A stretch of DNA of 64,000 nt from an uncultured Actinomycetota bacterium. Its GTDB lineage: Bacteria; Actinomycetota; Acidimicrobiia; Acidimicrobiales; Bog-793. Under the pieces are notes generated by a model. That model did no database searches and had not been told where the DNA came from. It saw only the letters and a program-made list of their open reading frames with translations. Positions 50,716-61,087 of the stretch are shown here, in pieces. A program made the position numbers and the translations under genes. The first letter of the stretch is position 1, and every line of letters begins with the position of its first letter. The DNA is taken from positions 1,528,884-1,592,883 of the forward strand of contig CAVTJR010000003.1 of assembly GCA_963735115.1 (NCBI GenBank), read 5' to 3'.

Positions 50716-51266
50716 TGCCGATCGTTCCTGAGACGAAGGACTGGACGTGGGTGATCGAGCGCCCCTGCCCCGAGTGCGGCTTTGACGCCACGAGCATCCC
50801 GTCTGAGACGGTGCCGAGGCTGCTGCGCGAGACGGCGGCGGCCTGGCAAGCCGTGCTGGGAGAAGGCGACGCACCTGCTCTCCGGTCTCGGCCCTCGGAG
50901 GACCGCTGGTCCACCCTCGAGTATGCCTGCCACGTCCGAGACGTCTTCGCCCGCTTCGACGAGCGGCTCCGCTTGATGCTCGCGGAGGACGACCCGACGT
51001 TTCCGAACTGGGACCAGGACGCCACCGCCGTCGCCGATCGCTACAACGAGCAGGACCCGGCCGTCGTGATGACGCAATTGAGCGCCGCCGCCCTCGCCTT
51101 TGCCTCGAACCTCTCGGCGCTGTCTGCGGACGACTGGCATCGACAGGGCTCGCGCAGCGACGGTGCCCACTTCCGTCTGGATGGCTTCGCCCGATACATG
51201 ATCCACGACCCGATCCACCATCTGCACGACGTCGGCAGCCCACTGCGGTCCGTCGAGCGAAGCTGA
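50715..51266 (+). CDS. DinB family protein
   Basis: KDWTWVIERPCPECG, WSTLEYACHVRD, HDPIHHLHD; TGATG coupling to the upstream gene. Confidence 0.85.
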   Translation: MPIVPETKDWTWVIERPCPECGFDATSIPSETVPRLLRETAAAWQAVLGEGDAPALRSRPSEDRWSTLEYACHVRDVFARFDERLRLMLAEDDPTFPNWDQDATAVADRYNEQDPAVVMTQLSAAALAFASNLSALSADDWHRQGSRSDGAHFRLDGFARYMIHDPIHHLHDVGSPLRSVERS

Positions 51267-51473
51267 GAGCCGGCCGCCGGCGGCGACGCCCATCGTCGCT
51301 CGCTCTTCCGGCGGGAGTCTGACCGCCTCGAATGCGCCACGCGGAAAGAGGGCGCGCCGGCACGCCGCCCCTTCCAAGACGCTCGACCTGCGGCGCGCGA
51401 CAATGTCGGGCGAGGGGCCGGGCACCCCCCTCCTTGGAGCACTGGGCATGCTGGCGCTGGGCGACGGAGGCTC

Positions 51474-53126
51474 GTGGGACCGCTGGACCCGACAAGGACA
51501 CCTTCCTCGAGAGCGCAGGAGCGCGAGAACGCCCGTATCCAGGCGTTCAAGCTCGTCGTCGACGTCCAGGCGGCCGTGTACGGTGCCTCCGAAGCGATCG
51601 ATCGCCTCCTCGACGACGCCTTGGCAGAGGGGTGGCCGGAGGTCGTTCGGGCAGGCATCTTCGCCGCCGCCGTGGCCGCCGTGGCTCTTGACTACAAGCA
51701 CGGGCTTCCCGCTATCGAGCGCCTTCTCGCCCAAGCCGATGCAGATGGCGACCATGCGATGGTCGCCCTCGCCCTCGCCATGCGCTCCAGCCTGGACACG
51801 ACCGGAGAGCATCAGTCGGCCGCCTTGGATGCAGACGCCGACCTCGCCCGCGCCACCGTGCTGCTCGAGTCCGCTCACGGCGACGAGCTCACGCGCATGA
51901 CGGCGCACAACGAGTGTGCGCAGGCGTTCGGCGATCGCTGGCTCTGGGAGCTGGCCGACGAGCAGTACGCGGCCGCCTTGAGCTTGGCTCCCTCCGAGCC
52001 CCCCGCGTGGTTGCCGTTCGTCCTGCCGGCGATCGTCTACAACCAGGCCGAGATGCAGGTCGACTGGGCCTGTGCACAACGCCAGCTTGGCGACGACGAG
52101 GGTGTGGCCGAACGTTGGCAAACTTGGGAGACGACGATGGCGACGGCTGTCGGCGTCGAGCTGCCCCACCTGTGGCGCACTGAGTTGAACGCTCTCGGCT
52201 GCCTGCTGGGGGCCATCGCCGGACACGACACGGGCGAAGAGGCGCAGGCTCAGCTGGCGGCTCTTTCGCCGGATGAGCACGTCCGCGCCTGGCCACTCGG
52301 GCACCTCTGGCTGGCGATGGCGCTGCAGCGCACAACGTCGGGCCACCTCGCCGAGGCGGCGGAGGCGACAGAGGCCGCTCTGATGAACATCGACCCCCAC
52401 GGCTCACCCGACACCTACGACCTCGCCCTCTCGGTCGCCGCCGAGCTGGAGGGTCGCGGAGGTCACGCCGTGGGGCTTCGCTACGGGCGTCGCCAGCTCG
52501 AGCGCCGCTCCGCCAACCGCCTCGCCGCCCTCGGGTCCATGCGGTCTCGCCTGCAGGCTGAGCGACTCCACAGCGAGCACGATCTGTTGAGCCGCCACGC
52601 CCATCTCGACGACCTGACAGGTCTGTCGAACCGACGCGGCTTCGATCGGTACCTGGCTGCGCTGGATCACCAGGGCATCGACGCCGTGGCGATCCTCCTC
52701 GTGGACCTCGATGGCTTCAAGGCCGTCAACGACCACTACGGTCACGCCACGGGCGACGCCGTCCTCATCGCCGTCGCCGGCGTGTTGCAGACGAGCGTAC
52801 GACAGGTTGACTGCGCCGTGCGGCTGGGGGGCGACGAGTTCGCCGTCGTCCTGGCCTCCGCCAATCTCGAGGTGGCGCGCATGCGAGCAGAGGCTGTGGT
52901 GGGCACCGTTCGCCAGCATCCCTGGGCCGGCATGGCTCCCGACTTGAACGTCTCGATCAGCGTGGGCCTCGCAGCCGGTCCATCGTCGAGCATGCGCGAG
53001 CTCATCGCGGCGGCGGACTCAGCCCTCTACGAGGCGAAGGCCGCAGGAGGTCACCGCATCATCTCCCGGCAGTTGCCGGCTCGAGCCTCGAAGGGGCGCG
53101 ACCCTACGGAAGAGACCTTGACCTAG
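51474..53126 (+). CDS. Diguanylate cyclase (GGDEF) with helical N-terminal region
   Basis: DDLTGLSNRR, DLDGFKAVND, GHATGD, RQVD I-site, RLGGDEF, ADSALYEAK. Confidence 0.9.
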   Translation: MGPLDPTRTPSSRAQERENARIQAFKLVVDVQAAVYGASEAIDRLLDDALAEGWPEVVRAGIFAAAVAAVALDYKHGLPAIERLLAQADADGDHAMVALALAMRSSLDTTGEHQSAALDADADLARATVLLESAHGDELTRMTAHNECAQAFGDRWLWELADEQYAAALSLAPSEPPAWLPFVLPAIVYNQAEMQVDWACAQRQLGDDEGVAERWQTWETTMATAVGVELPHLWRTELNALGCLLGAIAGHDTGEEAQAQLAALSPDEHVRAWPLGHLWLAMALQRTTSGHLAEAAEATEAALMNIDPHGSPDTYDLALSVAAELEGRGGHAVGLRYGRRQLERRSANRLAALGSMRSRLQAERLHSEHDLLSRHAHLDDLTGLSNRRGFDRYLAALDHQGIDAVAILLVDLDGFKAVNDHYGHATGDAVLIAVAGVLQTSVRQVDCAVRLGGDEFAVVLASANLEVARMRAEAVVGTVRQHPWAGMAPDLNVSISVGLAAGPSSSMRELIAAADSALYEAKAAGGHRIISRQLPARASKGRDPTEETLT

Positions 53127-53196
53127 TCAAGTCATCCCGTCAGCCGAGGCTGTTGGGTGGGTGCTCGGCTCTGAGCGGCCCGAGGGGCGTTTGCTT

Positions 53197-53224
53197 GACG
53201 AACCCGCAACCGGATCCCTACGGT
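53197..53224 (+). promoter_or_regulatory. Possible sigma-70 promoter
   Basis: TTGACG-N18-TACGGT upstream of the beta-helix gene (approximate coordinates). Confidence 0.4.
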
Positions 53225-53320
53225 CGGCTCCGCACCACGGGGGCTGGAGCCGACGGCGGGAATTCGAGGTGTTGCGGCCTGCAGGCACGTGGTGGTCCAA
53301 CAACGAAGGAGGCGGTGCTC

Positions 53321-54538
53321 ATGCAACCAAGGATCCTGCGGGCCGTCGTGCCCGCCGTCGTGCTCCTTGGAGCCGTGACCGTCGGCGCAGCTGGAGTCGC
53401 CGGCGCAGCCACACCTCGGGCGAAGACGCTCTGGGTGGCGCCACTGGCGACGAAGAGCAAATCGGCGGCATGTCGGGACGCCGCCTACCACGAGATCAAC
53501 GCCGCAATCGCCGCCGCCTCGCGCGGCGACACAGTCATGGTCTGTGCAGGCACGTACACCGGCTCTACGACGATCACGACCGGCGTGGCGCAACAGCCGA
53601 CGATCACGACCGAGGCGGACATCGACAAGTCGATCCGCCTGATCGGCCAACGCGGCGCCACCATCGACGCCGCCGGCGTCGACAACGGCGTCACGTTCTT
53701 CGTGACGACCAACGCCACCGTGAAGGGGTTCTCCATCAGGGGCGCAACGGGAGAGGGTGTGCTGGCCTTGCTCTCGAGCCACCTCACGATCGAGAACAAC
53801 ATCGTCGAGAGCAACGACACCGGCAGCTCGACGAGCTCTTGGTCCGAGTGCCAGGCGAGCGGCTTGGTCCCCAACGACTGCGGCGAGGGCATTCACCTGA
53901 TGTCGAGCACGTACTCGAAGGTGCTCGACAACACCTCGGAGTTCAACTCCGGCGGCATCCTCTTGAGCGACGACTTCGGCCCCAACCACAACAACGAGGT
54001 CAGCGGGAACCTCGTCGAGGACAACGAGTCGGACTGTGGCATCACCGTCGTCGGCCACAACCCCGATGCCGTCAACAGCGCAGGGGTACCCCGCCCGACC
54101 AAGGGCGGAACCTACGACAACACCATCAGCGACAACGTCGTCATCTCGAACGGCACGACGGGTGACGGCGGTGGCGTCCTCCTAGCCTCGGGCGTCTCGG
54201 GCGGCGGCTCCTACGACAACACGGTGACCGGCAACGAGATCGCCGGCAACGGGCTGAGCGGCATCACCGTCCACCAGCACGCACCGCTGTCGGACGTCTC
54301 GGGCGACGTCTTCAGCGACAACTGGGTCGGGACGAATGACCTTCTCGGCGACCCGGGCACGGGCGACTCGGCCACCACGGGCATCCTCGTCGACAACGGC
54401 GGCACCGGCAAGACGATCTCGGTGACGGTCGAGGGCAACACGATTGCCTGGAACACCTATGGCGTCTACGACGACGCCCCTGGCATTACCCGCGTCGGCA
54501 ACACCTTCGTTCACGTCAAGATCCACTTCAAGAGGTAG
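53321..54538 (+). CDS. Secreted right-handed parallel beta-helix (NosD/pectin-lyase-like) protein
   Basis: Signal peptide; INAAIAAASRGDTVMVCAGTY; repeated Asn-ladder GI.L...N.VxxN units; AAGGAGG RBS. Confidence 0.85.
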   Translation: MQPRILRAVVPAVVLLGAVTVGAAGVAGAATPRAKTLWVAPLATKSKSAACRDAAYHEINAAIAAASRGDTVMVCAGTYTGSTTITTGVAQQPTITTEADIDKSIRLIGQRGATIDAAGVDNGVTFFVTTNATVKGFSIRGATGEGVLALLSSHLTIENNIVESNDTGSSTSSWSECQASGLVPNDCGEGIHLMSSTYSKVLDNTSEFNSGGILLSDDFGPNHNNEVSGNLVEDNESDCGITVVGHNPDAVNSAGVPRPTKGGTYDNTISDNVVISNGTTGDGGGVLLASGVSGGGSYDNTVTGNEIAGNGLSGITVHQHAPLSDVSGDVFSDNWVGTNDLLGDPGTGDSATTGILVDNGGTGKTISVTVEGNTIAWNTYGVYDDAPGITRVGNTFVHVKIHFKR

Positions 54539-54785
54539 CCCCACGGCGCACCGCCTCCGCGGGGCGCTGGACGCGATGACAAAACGGCTTCGCAGCGGTT
54601 GACCGTAGGTGGTAGGCGCAGGCGACACCCCGGCGCCTACCACTGGTTTCGGGCTCACGATCGAACCACGTCCCCGTGGTCGATGCGGCTCGAATCTGCC
54701 CGCAGAGGGCGCAACCGCGACCGGGTGGCTGATCCCTTGCGGTCTCGGGCGGCCCCCCGGGGCCCGGTTGCCGCGCCCTTGCGAT

Positions 54786-54820
54786 GGGTCTTTTGCCCTC
54801 GCAGGTGGGACTTTCGGCAC
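54786..54820 (+). promoter_or_regulatory. Tandem DevR/DosR-like boxes
   Basis: GGGTCTTTTGCCCT (54786-54799) and GGGACTTTCGGCAC (54807-54820), 21 bp apart; CAGACT 24 nt after the second. Confidence 0.65.
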
Positions 54821-54894
54821 TGGGGATGGCACCTCACGGGCGCCCAGACTGAGTGCAAGGTCGGCGGGAGCCCGACCAGAAAGAAGGAAGTCCG

Positions 54895-55497
54895 ATGAAC
54901 AACCCGATTGCACAACCGATTGCACTGATTGGCGAGCCCTCGAAGAGGACCACCCCGGACGTGCTGGAGTGGCTGGGCAGGTCCAAGGTCATGGCGGTCG
55001 GTTGGCTCGCCATGCGGGTCTGGCTCGGCATCATGTGGATGCAGGCAGGCTGGGCGAAGCTGTTTGGCGCCGAGAACGGCTACTTCCTCCACAACCACGG
55101 CGCCGGCGTGGCCGGCTTTGCGGGCCACGGTGTGGCCGCCTACAGCTGGTGGGGGAGCTTCCTGCACAGCTTTGTCGTCCCGAACGCCAGCTGGATCGCC
55201 GTCCTTGTCGCCTTCGGAGAGTTCGCGATCGGCTGTGGCCTCGTGCTCGGGTTCTTCACCCGGACGGCCGCCATCGCCAGCCTCTTGCTGCTCTTCACCT
55301 ACGTCATGACGGGCACGGCGAGCGTGTGCGCCTTCTACGCACTCTTCGCCATCGTGATCCTGGCGACGTGGAGGACGTCGAGCTGGATCGGCGTCGACGG
55401 ACTGGTGGCTGGCTACCGCCAGCGTCACCCCAGCGGCCGGCACGCCGTAGTGCACCCCGCCGTGACCCCGATCGCCGGGCAAGCCACGGCCGCCTAG
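54895..55497 (+). CDS. DoxX/DoxD (TQO small subunit-like) membrane protein
   Basis: RVWLGIMWMQAGWAK, FGEFAIGCGLVLGFFTR, IGVDG; four TM segments. Confidence 0.85.
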   Translation: MNNPIAQPIALIGEPSKRTTPDVLEWLGRSKVMAVGWLAMRVWLGIMWMQAGWAKLFGAENGYFLHNHGAGVAGFAGHGVAAYSWWGSFLHSFVVPNASWIAVLVAFGEFAIGCGLVLGFFTRTAAIASLLLLFTYVMTGTASVCAFYALFAIVILATWRTSSWIGVDGLVAGYRQRHPSGRHAVVHPAVTPIAGQATAA

Positions 55498-55524
55498 ACG
55501 ACCCCATATCCAACCCCGTCAAGT

Positions 55525-55555
55525 CGATGCGGCCTGCTTCGAGCAGGCCGCATCG
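55525..55555 (+). terminator. Perfect GC-rich hairpin after doxX
   Basis: CGATGCGGCCTGC-TTCGA-GCAGGCCGCATCG; no U-tract. Confidence 0.6.
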
Positions 55556-55691
55556 GCGCGTCCGCACGGACAGTCGCCGGGGTTCCGCGCCCCTGCAACG
55601 GGCCGGAAGCAGGTGCCCGACTGGCGCGCCTACTTGTTCATGAAATGCCCTGCGACCATCATTAGCTTCCGACGTCGCAGGGAGGTGGCCG

Positions 55692-56096
55692 ATGCTCGAG
55701 CAGCACGAAACCATGGAACGTCTCGGACAGCAGGTGAAGAGCGCCTTGGAGGCAGCAGATCTGGAGGCGTATGCCGACCTCCTCGACCCCAACGTGCACT
55801 GGGGGCCGCCTGACTCGCCCTCGCCGCCCTGCCAGAACCGTGAGCAGGTCCTGAGCTGGTATCGGCACGGGCGGGACTCGGGTGCCCGAGCCCACGTGGC
55901 GGAGGTCTCCGTCCTCGGGAATCGGCTCCTCGTCGGTCTCAAGGTGGCCGGCACGGAAGAGGCGAACGAGCGCGGCGGCATAGCCACCCGGTGGCAAATT
56001 CTCACCGTGCGAGATGGTCGAGTCGTCGACATCGTCGGGTTCGAGACGCGAGGCGAAGCCGTGGCTCACGCCGGCCCAGACGCTCCCTCGGACTGA
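55692..56096 (+). CDS. SnoaL/NTF2-like protein
   Basis: DLEAYADLLDPNVHW, CQNREQVL, WQILTVRDGRVVDI; GGAGG RBS. Confidence 0.8.
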   Translation: MLEQHETMERLGQQVKSALEAADLEAYADLLDPNVHWGPPDSPSPPCQNREQVLSWYRHGRDSGARAHVAEVSVLGNRLLVGLKVAGTEEANERGGIATRWQILTVRDGRVVDIVGFETRGEAVAHAGPDAPSD

Positions 56097-56110
56097 GCCC
56101 GGTCGCTCGG

Positions 56111-56644
56111 ATGCTCTACTGCTTCGGCTTTGAGTCCGTCGCCGTCCTCGTGAGCGACCTCTACTTCTTCGACGCCGCCGCCGCCGGGGATCAGCACGGC
56201 GCTGAGCGCGGCGTCCGCCTCGAGCTGCGGTCCCTCGAGGGCGAGGAGCTGGTCGGATCGGTCTACTCGGCGCAACCGCTCCGCGTCGGGCGGCCGATCT
56301 GGCGAGTCGACCTGCTCGAGTCGCTCGCAGGGCCACCGGGAAGCTTCGACCGCACGCACCACCACCCGCGCTTTGCCGGCTGGGAGCCACAGGATCGTGT
56401 CTTCGACGCGCAGCTGTCGGCCGAGCCGATCGAGTGGGTGGGCCGCCGCCTCGTCGACCTCGACGGCATCTTCGAGCAGGCAGGGCTGGAGCCTGCCGCC
56501 GCCGGAGACGCCGTCGAGCTCCGGGCCGCCGTTCCCGAGATTCTCGACAGCGTGCGCCGGCTGCTGGCACTGGTGCACGCAGGTGAGCTCGCCAGCCCCC
56601 CAGCCAAGCCTCCGACTGCCACCACGCGCATCGGTTGGCTCTGA
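56111..56644 (+). CDS. Hypothetical protein
   Basis: Coding-like composition; GAERGVRLE, PIWRVDLLE, DRTHHHP, ends RIGWL. Confidence 0.7.
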   Translation: MLYCFGFESVAVLVSDLYFFDAAAAGDQHGAERGVRLELRSLEGEELVGSVYSAQPLRVGRPIWRVDLLESLAGPPGSFDRTHHHPRFAGWEPQDRVFDAQLSAEPIEWVGRRLVDLDGIFEQAGLEPAAAGDAVELRAAVPEILDSVRRLLALVHAGELASPPAKPPTATTRIGWL

Positions 56645-56737
56645 AGCGACTCCCGTCGCTTTCTGACGTGCTCGGCGACGCCGGGACGAACGTCTGTTCG
56701 TGAGAACGCGGGCGGGCTTGGCCAACAGGTTCGCCGG

Positions 56738-58052
56738 GTGCGACACTTTGGTGTGCCCGCAACCACGCCGCACGAGGCGAGCGCCGAGTTGGCCGAGCCG
56801 ATCCTTCACCTCTCACGGGTCGTCAAACGCCCGCTCGTCGACGACGGCGGGGAGAAGATGGGCCGCGTCGAGGATCTCATCGTGCGCCTGGACGAGCAGC
56901 CGCACCCGCCGATCGTCGGAGCGGTCGTGCGCATCGCCGGACGTGACCTGTTCGTACCTATCGGCAAGATCGCCGATCTCGAGGACGGCCGCGTCCGCTT
57001 CGAAGGCGGGCCGGTGGACCTGCGACACTTCGAGCGCCGCCCCGGCGAGCTCCTCCTCGCGAGGGACCTGCTCTCCCGCCACCTCATCAACCTTGTAGGC
57101 GGACGTCTCATCAGCGCCAAAGAGATCGAGCTGGCGAAGGTGCACGGCGTGTGGGAGGTCGTCGGCGTCGATCCGAGCAGCCGGCCGGCGCTCAGGCGTC
57201 TCTTGCCGGGAAGGATGGGACGCAACATCTCGCCGGGCTCGCTCGTCGACTGGGCGAGCATCGAGCCGTTCGTCGCCCACGTGCCGACCGCCCGATTGCG
57301 TATCCCCTATCGGAAGTTGGCCCGGCTCCACCCGGCCCAGATCGCTGACCTCGTGGAAGCCGCCTCGCACGAGGAGGGAGAGGAGATCATCGAGGCCGTG
57401 AAGGCAGACCGCGAGCTCGAAGCCGACGTGTTCGAAGAGCTCGATGTCGAGCACCAGGCGGAGTTCGTCCGATCGAGGACCGACGCCGAAGCCGCCCGGC
57501 TGCTCTCGCGCATGGCGGCCGACGACGCCGCCGACCTCATCATGGAGCTCGACCAGGAGCGGCGGATGCCCATTCTCGACCTCTTGTCCGCTCCCCAGCA
57601 GCGCAAGGTACGTTCATTGCTCAGCTACAACCCCGAGACGGCCGGGGGCCTCATGAGCCCCGACTTCCTGGCCCTGCCCGAGCAGACGACGATCGCTGAG
57701 GTGCTGTCGGCCATTCGCCTGAGCACGGCGCCGCTCGAGACGCTCCAAGTCGTCTTCAGCCTCGATGAGGGCGGGATCCGTGTCCGGATCGGCGCCTCTC
57801 GTGTCGTTGATCAGGTCCGACCCGGCAGAGCTTCTCTCATCGGTGGCTCGAGCCGTCTCCGCCCACATTCATGCCGACTGGGACCTCCACGCCGTCGTGC
57901 GAAAGATGTCCGATTTCAATCTGACCGTTGCCCCCGTCATGGACGGGGAGCACCACAGCATCCTCGGCGTAGTCACCGTCGACGACGTCTTGGAGTTGCT
58001 GCTACCGAGCGGTTGGCGGCGCGACGCCGGCATGACGGCGGCTGAGGAATGA
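56738..58052 (+). pseudogene. PRC-barrel/MgtE N-terminal/CBS domain protein with an internal frameshift near 57775
   Basis: LARLHPAQIADLVE, MAADDAADL, YNPETAGGLMSPDF; the second CBS motif (APVMD...LGVVTVDDVLE) continues in the shifted frame to 58052. Confidence 0.8.
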
Positions 58053-58149
58053 CGACGCTCCTCGGCGCCCTGTGCCACCGACGGCCCGGCGTGGGCGGCG
58101 CCCGTCTCGGACGGCGCGCCCCGCAGGGGGCTGCCGCACCGAGCGGTCC

Positions 58150-58291
58150 GCATGAACCGGGGGTTCCGAGAGCCCCCGCGCGTACGTCGACGTTCAGGTC
58201 CCGAGGAGCTCCGCCACCTCGCAGTTGACCGGTGTCGGCGTGCGCGCCTCGAGGCGCACGACCGAGACCGAGCACTGAAGGAGGTGAAGCG
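58150..58291 (+). ncRNA. Candidate cis-regulatory RNA leader of the NRAMP gene
   Basis: A long hairpin 58215-58286 pairs CACCTC with the SD GAGGTG; the alternative stem 58202-58221 is mutually exclusive with it. Confidence 0.45.
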
Positions 58292-59923
58292 ATGCCCAGC
58301 AGGGGTGAGACGGCGAACACGAGCGCTGTACTCGACGAAGCTCACGCCGGCGACATCCAAGGCGCCCTCGGAACGATCAGGGAGCACGACACCGACCGGC
58401 GCCGCACGTGGGCGGCGCGGCTGTTGGCGCTGCTCGCCATCATGGGTCCCGGGCTCATCGTCATGGTGGGCGACAACGACGCCGGCGGGGTTTCCACCTA
58501 TGCACAGGCTGGCCAGAACTTCGGTCTGACCCTGCTGTGGACCCTTCCCCTGCTCATTCCGGTCCTCATCGTGAACCAGGAGATGGTGGTCAGGCTGGGC
58601 GCAGTCACCGGTGTCGGCCACGCCCGGCTCATCATCGAGCGGTTCGGCAAATTCTGGGGGGCGTTCTCGGTGGGCGACTTGTTCGTCCTCAACTTCCTGA
58701 CGATCGCCACCGAATTCATCGGCGTCAGCCTGGCGCTCGAATACTTCGGCATCAGTGAGTACATCGCCGTGCCGCTTGCAGCCGTCGGGCTGATCCTCAT
58801 GACCGTTTCCGGCAGCTTCCGTCGCTGGGAGCGCTTCATGTACGTCTTCGTGCTGGCCAACTTCCTCGTCATCCCACTCGCCATCTTCAGCCACCCCCCT
58901 CTCCGGCCCTTCCTCCACGGCATGTTCGTCCCGGGCGTGCGGGGCGGCTTCACGTCCACCTCGGTGCTGCTCATCATCGCCATCGTGGGAACGACGGTGG
59001 CGCCCTGGCAGTTGTTCTTCCAGCAGTCCAACATCATCGACAAGCGCATCACCCCGCGGTGGATCAACTACGAGCGGGCCGACACCTTCATCGGTTCGGT
59101 CGTGGTTGTCTTCGCCGCCTCAGTGTTGGTGGCCGTACCCGCCGCCGCCTTCGCCGGGACGAAGGCGTTTGGGAGCTTCACGGATGCCAACGGTGTCGCC
59201 CACGAGCTGGCGCACTACGTCGGGCATGCCTCCGGGGCGATCTTCGCCATCATCCTGCTCAACTCCTCGATCATCGGTGCGGCCGCCGTGACACTGTCGA
59301 CGTCGTACGCCTTCGGCGATGTGTTCGGCGCCAGGCACTCGCTCCACCGAGGGTGGCGCGACGCCAAGCTCTTCTACGGCACGTTCTCAGCCATGGTGGT
59401 GCTCGCCGCCGGCCTCATCCTCATCCCCGGCGCTCCACTCGGTCTGATCACCACCGGTGTGCAGGCCCTCGCCGGCGTGCTACTACCGAGCGCAACCGTG
59501 TTTCTCCTCCTGCTCTGCAACGACAAGGACGTGCTCGGTCCGTGGGTGAACAAGCCATGGCTGAACGTCGTGGCCGCCTTCATCGTCTCGGTGCTGCTGG
59601 CGCTGTCTCTCGTCCTGATGGCGACCACGTTGTTCTCCACCATCAACGTCAAGGCGCTCACCGTCGTCCTGGCCGCCGTGCTCCTCCTCGGCTACGCCGC
59701 CGCCGGCGCAGTCGTCGTGCGCGGAAGGCGACGCCACCCTCCGCAACCTCAGCCCGTCCTCGGGCAGCGTCGCGACACCTGGCGGATGCCGCCGCTCAGC
59801 CTTCTCGATCGGCCGAAGTGGTCGCGGGGACGGCTGACCGCCATGTACCTGCTGCGCGCCTACCTCGTCGTGGCGGTCCTCTTGCTTCTCGTGAAGGCCG
59901 TCGAACTGGGCGTGCACAAGTAA
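58292..59923 (+). CDS. NRAMP family divalent metal transporter (Mg-type subfamily)
   Basis: GPGLIVMVGDNDAGG, QEMVVRLG, GTTVAPWQLFFQQS; AAGGAGGTG RBS. Confidence 0.92.
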   Translation: MPSRGETANTSAVLDEAHAGDIQGALGTIREHDTDRRRTWAARLLALLAIMGPGLIVMVGDNDAGGVSTYAQAGQNFGLTLLWTLPLLIPVLIVNQEMVVRLGAVTGVGHARLIIERFGKFWGAFSVGDLFVLNFLTIATEFIGVSLALEYFGISEYIAVPLAAVGLILMTVSGSFRRWERFMYVFVLANFLVIPLAIFSHPPLRPFLHGMFVPGVRGGFTSTSVLLIIAIVGTTVAPWQLFFQQSNIIDKRITPRWINYERADTFIGSVVVVFAASVLVAVPAAAFAGTKAFGSFTDANGVAHELAHYVGHASGAIFAIILLNSSIIGAAAVTLSTSYAFGDVFGARHSLHRGWRDAKLFYGTFSAMVVLAAGLILIPGAPLGLITTGVQALAGVLLPSATVFLLLLCNDKDVLGPWVNKPWLNVVAAFIVSVLLALSLVLMATTLFSTINVKALTVVLAAVLLLGYAAAGAVVVRGRRRHPPQPQPVLGQRRDTWRMPPLSLLDRPKWSRGRLTAMYLLRAYLVVAVLLLLVKAVELGVHK

Positions 59924-59943
59924 CAGCTGGAAGGACACCATCC

Positions 59944-61041
59944 TCACCGGCTGACGCGCCGGACAGCCTGCGCGAGCCACTCCGGCCTGATCTCGACCCC
60001 CCACCCCGGTCCGTCAGGAATCGCCACGGCACCGTCGCGCACTGACAGTCGAGGTTCGAACAGCCCCGCCTGGAAGGGGTAGTACTCGTCGGGCTCGATG
60101 GAGAATTCGACATACGGCCCGGCGTTCGGAATGGCCCCCATGAGATGGAGGGCGAACACGGTCACGAGGGACAGGTTGGCCGAGTGGGGCACGCAGCGGA
60201 GTCCCGCCTCCTCTGCCATGGCGGCCACTTCGACAGCTCGCGTGAGTCCTCCCACGTAACAGACGTCCGGCTGCACGACGTCCACCGCTCGCAGGGCGAT
60301 GATCCTGCGCCACTGGCTGAGGGAACAGTCCTGCTCCCCGCCGGCGACGTCGAGCGACAGGGCGCGCGCCACCTGAGCTGTCCACTCGAGCTCCCAGTAC
60401 GGACATGGCTCCTCGAAGTGGCAGACGCCGTAGTCCTCCAGCAGATGCCCCACCTCGATCGCACGAGCCGGCGTATAGGCGCTGTTGGCGTCGACGAGCA
60501 GCCCGGCGTCGTCACCGAGGGCGCTGCGCAAGGCAGGCACGATCGCCTCCGTCCTCCCGGGCCACTCGTCGGCATCGTGACCGCACTCGCGCCCGATGCG
60601 GAACTTGAAGGCTGAGAAGCCGGCCACCTCCCTCAGTCGCGCCAATCGGGCCGCCTCGTCGCCCGGAGTGATGTCGCGTCGCATGCTCGAGGCGTAGACG
60701 GGAAAGGGCCGCGGAGAACCTCCGAGCAGCTCGCACACGCTTTGGCCGGCTCGACGACCACGCAGGTCCCACAGGGCGGTGTCGAGTCCTGCTAGCGCTC
60801 TGCAGAGGTAGGAGCCGGGAAACTTGTGCTCGCGTTGTGGGATGACCGCCACGAGACCGGCGATGTCGTCGGCGTCGGCTCCGACAGCGTGCGGCGCCAC
60901 TTGGCGGTGCAGCACGGCGGAGGTGATGTCGGCGTTGAACGGCGCCACCTGCCCGAACCCTTCCCACCCGTCGTCGGCGACCACCCGGACGATCGCGACC
61001 TCCTCGGTCGCGTACGTCTCGATCGCCGAGATGCTCGCCAT
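59944..61041 (-). CDS. Mandelate racemase / muconate lactonizing enzyme family protein
   Basis: [41 protein letters not shown]. Confidence 0.9.
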   Translation of the reverse strand: MASISAIETYATEEVAIVRVVADDGWEGFGQVAPFNADITSAVLHRQVAPHAVGADADDIAGLVAVIPQREHKFPGSYLCRALAGLDTALWDLRGRRAGQSVCELLGGSPRPFPVYASSMRRDITPGDEAARLARLREVAGFSAFKFRIGRECGHDADEWPGRTEAIVPALRSALGDDAGLLVDANSAYTPARAIEVGHLLEDYGVCHFEEPCPYWELEWTAQVARALSLDVAGGEQDCSLSQWRRIIALRAVDVVQPDVCYVGGLTRAVEVAAMAEEAGLRCVPHSANLSLVTVFALHLMGAIPNAGPYVEFSIEPDEYYPFQAGLFEPRLSVRDGAVAIPDGPGWGVEIRPEWLAQAVRRVSR

Positions 61042-61087
61042 GGCAGATCGCTCCTTAAAACTGACGGCGTCCGCGGGTCATCTTGGC

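Noticed and set aside
58053-58291. Canonical M-box (ykoK) or yybP-ykoY riboswitch
   Set aside because: Consensus elements were not recognisable by eye; kept only as an unnamed candidate.
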